Positions 58,701-64,000 of a stretch of 64,000 nucleotides of DNA are shown here, piece after piece. Location: the NCBI RefSeq assembly GCF_000315625.1, contig NW_005434618.1, positions 382,155 through 446,154 on the forward strand, written 5' to 3'. The notes under the pieces are model-generated. The model was not told the origin of the DNA, searched no databases, and saw nothing but the letters and a program-made list of their open reading frames with translations. Made by a program: the position numbers and the translations under genes. The stretch is from Guillardia theta CCMP2712 (lineage: Eukaryota; Protista; Cryptophyta). Every line of letters begins with the position of its first letter. Position 1 is the first letter of the stretch.

Positions 58701-60160
58701 CCTCGCTTACGTGCTGCAGGTGATGTACGTTGGCGATCATATGTTCTCGGATGTCATCCGTGGGAAGCGAAGGTTGAACATGAACCACAACGACACATAG
58801 TCCTGCTCCTCCTCCCCCTCCCCCTCCCCCTCCATTGCTCCCCCTCCCCCTCTCCTCCTCCCCAGCCCATCCGTTGGTCCTCATTCTCCTTCCTGTTGCG
58901 TCCTTTCTCACCTCGCTGACAGCTTGGGCTGGCGAACTGCTCTGGTGGTTCCTGAGCTCCAGGTCAGTGGAGAAGCGAGGGAGGGAAGAGGAGAAGGGAA
59001 GAAGTGGAGGGGGGGGGGGGGGTGGAGCGGGGGCTGGAGCTGTTGGAGCTGACGGAAGAGGCAGCATGAGGTTGACGTCATGCTGCGAGAGAAAGTTCGC
59101 TCCAAGAGGATCCAAGTAGAATGACAAGCGCGTGACCTTCCCCCGAGCTGACGATTTCAAGGAACTCCGAGAGCTGAGAGACGAGCTGGACGAGTGGGTC
59201 GACCGGTGAGTGCGCTTGTGTGCTTGTTGCTGAGGTTGAGCTGGGAATTTTCAAGTCTGTCGCTCCTACTGGTGTCGTGCGACGAGGATGAAGCATGCGC
59301 TCTCACTGGTACGCGACTTTCTCCTCTTCCTCCAGCAGCTGACAAGGACTTGCCCTCGTCCCCTGCCCCTCCTGCTGCTGCTCCTCTCCTTGTCTCTCCG
59401 CTTCCTCGCAGATCGCCGAGAGTCCATCGCCTCCGAGCTAGAAAAGGCGAAGGAAGAGATCCGGACAGTGAGAGGCTCCTCCTCTGTCTCTAGCGAGGTT
59501 GACGGGAGGGCAGGTGAAGACAGTGTACGCCGAGGAGCTTCTTATGTATCACTCAGCTTTCCATCCGGTGAGGATCCAACTAGCAGAGACTCGCTGACAC
59601 TCGCACAGGTCTGGGGGCAGATGTTCAAGGTGACGCCTCCTCCTCCTCCTCCTCCTCCTCCTCCTCCTCCTCCTCCTCCTCCTCCTCCTCCTCCTCCTCC
59701 TCCTCCTCCTTTCTTCACCTTCTCGAAGGTTGGCTATCAGAATTCGCGATTCGCTCAACAAGTGGAGAATTATGCGTGCTTGTACACGAGTAAGGTGAGA
59801 GAGGGGAGGCAGAGGACGAGGCGTGGGTGGGTGAGCCTATTGCTCGACAGGTCAGCAACCTCTGCCTCGTCTCTCCGGAGATGAATCATCGAACACAGGT
59901 AGATGCCAACACAACAATAACAAACCACTCCTCCACCTCCAACTCCACCACCACCACCACCACCACCACCACCATCATTGGCAGCCACTGACTGGAGAGC
60001 AGATGGATCTTATGCCTCACGATCAGGTTTGCAGCCTGACGCCTCCAGGAGTCTCACGGGATGGCAGTTGGAAGAGACTCCCATCCGCCGCATCCTACGA
60101 GCGAGAGCAAGAAACATCGTCGAGTCGTTGGGAAGCAGCGAGTGAGGGGCTGACATGGGT
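55784..60160 (+). CDS. HAD-IG 5'-nucleotidase (cN-II/NT5DC family), many exons (ends approximate)
   Basis: IFCNR, AIGFDMDYTLAQY, VFLLTNSLWDYT, YVGDHMFSDV, GWRT, WGQMFK and SRFAQQVENYACLYTSK. Confidence 0.9.
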
Positions 60161-60241
60161 AGAGCAGGAGGAGTGGAGAGGAGCGGGGAGGAAGAGGTAC
60201 AGGAATGAAAAAGCGTGGGGGAGAGACGAGTCTTACTTGGA

Positions 60242-62133
60242 TCATATGAAATTTCTTTTCTTTGCTTTCGCTCCTTATCTCCTCCTGTCCAAGGATCTGG
60301 ACGTCGTCCATCACGTCTGGAGCGATGGAACATCAGCATCGAAGCATCCATCAGCCTTCAATTCCCCGGAACTCCTTGAGCCGAACGATCAACCTTGACC
60401 AACAAGTCAGGGAGGGAGGAGGAGAGAAGGAGAAAGGGAGGCTTGCAAGCATGCGAGCAGATTGCGGTCAGGAGGGGAGGAAGTGAGATCGTACTCATCA
60501 GATCCCTCCTGACGCTCAAGCGTCGCCTCACAAGCTCGCAGCTCGCAGTTGTGAAACCTTCTCCTCACGACGCTGTCTGTGTCTGAGGTCAACCTCCTCC
60601 TCCTCTGCAGCAGTCCACCTGATCGAATGTTTGGATGACTGGGCGAGCTGAGGAGGAACGAGAAGATGCCTCCATGCGCCTGCAACACCCTCACCCTCAA
60701 CGCCTCACCCTCGCACCTCCCCTAGTCTTCTCACCACCACAGCTATCTTCTTCTCTGCTCACCCTCGCACCTCCCCTAGTCTTCTCACCACCACAGCTAT
60801 CTTCTTCTCTGCTCACCCTCGCACCTCCCCTAGTCTTCTCACCACCACAGCTATCTTCTTCTCTGCTCACCCTCGCACCTCCCCTAGTCTTCTCACCACC
60901 ACAGCTATCTTCTTCTCTGCTCACCCTCGCACCTCCCCTAGTCTTCTCACCACCACAGCTATCTTCTTCTCTTCTCGCTGCAGCAACCACAGCAGCGCCT
61001 GGTATCCTCGCTCCACACAAGACTCCACAGGCTCTGAGTGCACATCAGTTGAGAGCGACTGAATCAACTTGCTCACCCAACTCTTCGGTCCACAACTCAT
61101 CCTCCTCGGTCTTGACCTGCTCAAAGTTCCATGTCGGATTTCTGTCTAAAAGTCTCGTTATTCGCCTCCGCTGCTCCAGTGCCTCGCACCCATAAGCTCT
61201 CGTCTACTTCTCCTCTTGGCGTTGAGCAGCAGCCCTGAGATCTCCCTCAAGTCATCAAGGGAACATCTCTCCGCCTGCGCGTGAAGATGCTGAGGGAAGA
61301 CAATGTTGGCTGTGTCGATCGCTCGTGTCAAGGAAGAGGCGACGATCAAGTCCATCGTCATGTTCATCCGAGCGAAGTCTCTGCCATGGAGAGAGACGAG
61401 TGAGATGTGAGCTCGGGGTCTTCTCTCTTACTCTCGCGTCTTCTCTGCTTGCTCGATCCCGATGCTTGTCAGATCAGCATCAAAAGCATCGTCCGCCCTC
61501 ATGAGATTGATAAATTCCTCATGCGAACAGCCCTGGAGAGACTTCAACTTTCTTTCAACACCTCCCTCCCTCCCTCCCTCCCTCCCTCCCTCTTCTCCTC
61601 TCTCCCTCCCTTCCCTCCCCTCGTCTTTCTCCTCTTCTCCTCTGATCTTTTTGAGTGTGATTCGATTCCACACCCTCTCCGCTCCTTCCCACTCCTCCAA
61701 CGCCACCAGCGCCAATTCAACCCCATCCTTCTCATTACAGACAGCACCCCCGCCACTCAGGTATGACCTGCGATCGAGCTGCTTCTGCCCGCGGGTTGTG
61801 CTGCGCCTGTCCATGTCGAACCAGCACGAGGACCTGTCAGCACCTCGTCATGAATCGTACGATCAGGCTGCGGGGCAAGGGAAGCAAGAGGCAGAACGAG
61901 AGGTTCGAGACAGAGTCCGAGTCAGAGGAAGCCGGCTGGCATAAAAGAATGAAGAGAGGATGGACGAGGGGTCGGTCAACCTTGCTGCCTTGAACCATGG
62001 AAGCGGTGGAGTAGGAACGAGAGGAGAGACCGGGTCTCGAGCTTTGGATGAGGATGGAGGGCAGAAAGCACTTGAACAAGTTCACACGAGTGATAGAGGA
62101 CGAGGGGACGCGGGACCAACTGAAGCCCAGCAT
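60242..62133 (-). CDS. Histidine phosphatase (phosphoglycerate mutase-like), multi-exon
   Basis: VLVRHGQAQHN, DADLTSIGIEQA, VASSLTRAIDTA, LRE and spliced IAVV/AHGG. Confidence 0.85.
60704..60972. repeat. 54-bp tandem repeat, ~5 copies, spanning an exon/intron junction
   Basis: Unit ctcaccctcgcacctcccctagtcttctcaccaccacagctatcttcttctctg. Confidence 0.95.
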
Positions 62134-63288
62134 CAACCCACGAGCTCTCAGGCTCTCTAGCTCTCAAGATATCAAGATATCAAGGTATCAAGATCGCTCC
62201 TCTCCTCTCCTCTCCTCTCCTCTCCTCTCCTCCTCTCGCTCTCTCTGCTCCCTGTATGAGCTCCTGGGTCTTGAGCCGGCCGGGTCTTTGGCTGCGACCG
62301 GCCCTGAGTGACCGGCGGGCCCGGCCGATCCACTGCCACGTGACCACTCGGGCTCAGCCTCCGGTAGAATCGAGATTAGCTAATTTTGTTTTTCGAATGT
62401 CGCCAAGGACCCCCATCTCCGACCATCCTGTAAACCCCCTTTGTACCACCCACCCCTGACAAGACCGTTTTTCTCACCCAGGTGTCTCTACTTGGTCCCG
62501 GACCCGTCTGTTGGTATTTATACTACCCCACCTCACCTATGTCTGATCACTAATCCTCGTATGTACCCCTACCCTGGTGTCTCCTTGCAAGCGGCCCATA
62601 CTTCCTCCACCCCTCTATTCCCCTCCCTTTGTCCCCCACCCCTGTAAAATCCCCTGGTGTATGAACACCCACCCCTACCATGCCTGTAACTGCTTACTAC
62701 CCCTCGATTTCACGTGACCCACTAGCTGACGCATCTATTCATTACCCCACCCACCTACGGAACCTTCCCCTGGAACTTTTGCAGCCTTACACCCGTCATT
62801 TTCATATGCGATATCACCGGTACTGTAATTTCCGTCACCCTACCCCTGACATACATTTCCGTCTCTCCCCCATTCTCAACTTACAACTCTAAAAATACTC
62901 CTCCACCATGTTTCCCCGAAATTTGAACCCCCCCTACCCCAAGTTTAAGGCTTCAAGGATTTATACCCCTACTTGAAACCTGCAATGTGAGGTAAAAGGG
63001 TGGGTGATCAGCGATGGAGAGATCAAAGGGGGTGGTGGGGTGCAGAAGGGAGAATAGATTCGATTCCCCGACCTTCCCCTTCAAGTTCCTCCCCTCCTGT
63101 TTGTGTTGCTTCTCAATCCTCCGTCCTCGTTCCCACCCCCTTCTCTATCCCTGCTCTACCAGTCGCCGCCTTCTCCTCTCCTCTCCTCTCCTCTCCTCTC
63201 CTCTCCTCTCCTCTCCTCTCCTCTCCTATCCTCTCCTCTCCTTTCTTGGTATTTCCTCAGCGCCTTCAAAAGCCGAGCAGTCAAAATC

Positions 63289-64000
63289 ATGGGGATTAAG
63301 ATACCATCCATCACAAAGTTGTTCAGGAGGAAGATGGATGTTTCATACAGTTTCCGCAAAGAACAGACCAATGCACAAACATGTACACAAACATCTACAG
63401 AGAATAACGTTCACTCCTCGTCATCCGACATCTCACAGGACGGTAGTTCACAACAGAATTGCTCGCAGGTTTCTTTTGCTCGAAGTGAACGTGATCGGGC
63501 AGGACCCTTGTTTGATTCAGAGCTTGAAGTCAAGGGGTCCATGATGCGGTTCAAGGAAGCGATGATAGCCGATGCAGCTGAAGCCGAGAGGTTGATTGAT
63601 GCGGTGGGAAAACTCCTGGATCATACCGTCAAGCTCAATGAGAGCAAGGGAAGGAAATCTAGTCTCAAATCGTTTGAAGGAGGCACAGTTACAATCTCAA
63701 TCTCTCAGTATATCAAGAGGATCCTCAAGTACGGAGGCTGCAGCCCCTGCTGCGTCTTTGTTGCTCTTATGTTCCTGCAACGTCTCAAGGATCGACATGG
63801 GGACGGAGTGTGCCTTACCCCTTCCAACTTCCAACGTCTGTTCCTTGTTGCTATGATGACATCAGCCAAGTTTCTTGACGACTTCTATTACTCGAATGCT
63901 AGCTGGGCTGAGATTGGGTCTCTGAAGCTCAAGGAGCTTAACAAGCTCGAACTTGATTTCCTGTTCTTGATGGAGTTCGACCTGCACATTCACAGATTCG
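63289..64000 (+). CDS. Cyclin P/U (PHO80-like), truncated by the window end
   Basis: Open frame from ATG 63289: ISISQYIKRILKYGGCSPCC...NFQRLFLVAMMTSAKFLDDFYYSNASWAEIG...ELNKLELDFLFL. Confidence 0.9.
   Translation, partial: MGIKIPSITKLFRRKMDVSYSFRKEQTNAQTCTQTSTENNVHSSSSDISQDGSSQQNCSQVSFARSERDRAGPLFDSELEVKGSMMRFKEAMIADAAEAERLIDAVGKLLDHTVKLNESKGRKSSLKSFEGGTVTISISQYIKRILKYGGCSPCCVFVALMFLQRLKDRHGDGVCLTPSNFQRLFLVAMMTSAKFLDDFYYSNASWAEIGSLKLKELNKLELDFLFLMEFDLHIHRF

Overview
Eukaryotic nuclear DNA, gene-dense, with many short (~40-60 bp) GT-AG introns and purine-rich simple repeats. The style suggests a cryptophyte alga (Guillardia/Hanusia-like); this is an inference. About 20 housekeeping-type genes are recognisable: CCDC6-like, MDP-1 phosphatase with a C-terminal KH domain, REX1-like exonuclease, LONRF, a single-domain voltage-gated channel, EB1-like, a SAM methyltransferase-like gene, TIP30-like, IFT80, ThiE-like, lipin/LNS2, a D-2-hydroxyacid dehydrogenase, FIG4, a HAD-IG 5'-nucleotidase, a histidine phosphatase and a PHO80-type cyclin, plus tRNA-Pro(AGG). 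Two things stand out. (1) A ~4.9-kb lower-GC, intronless insert (33929-38864) sits between perfect 35-bp direct repeats. It encodes a ~1050-aa RAG1/Transib-like DDE recombinase with the catalytic and zinc-ligand motifs intact, placed tail-to-tail with a ~385-aa partner carrying a BAH-like motif. That is a RAG1/RAG2-like layout with a different partner and no visible terminal inverted repeats. (2) Four apparently identical copies of a 56-aa Tyr-heptad peptide gene, missed by the ORF track, form two head-to-head palindromic pairs (21.7-22.6 kb and 28.3-29.1 kb). Exon boundaries were read by eye, so the ends of multi-exon genes are approximate.
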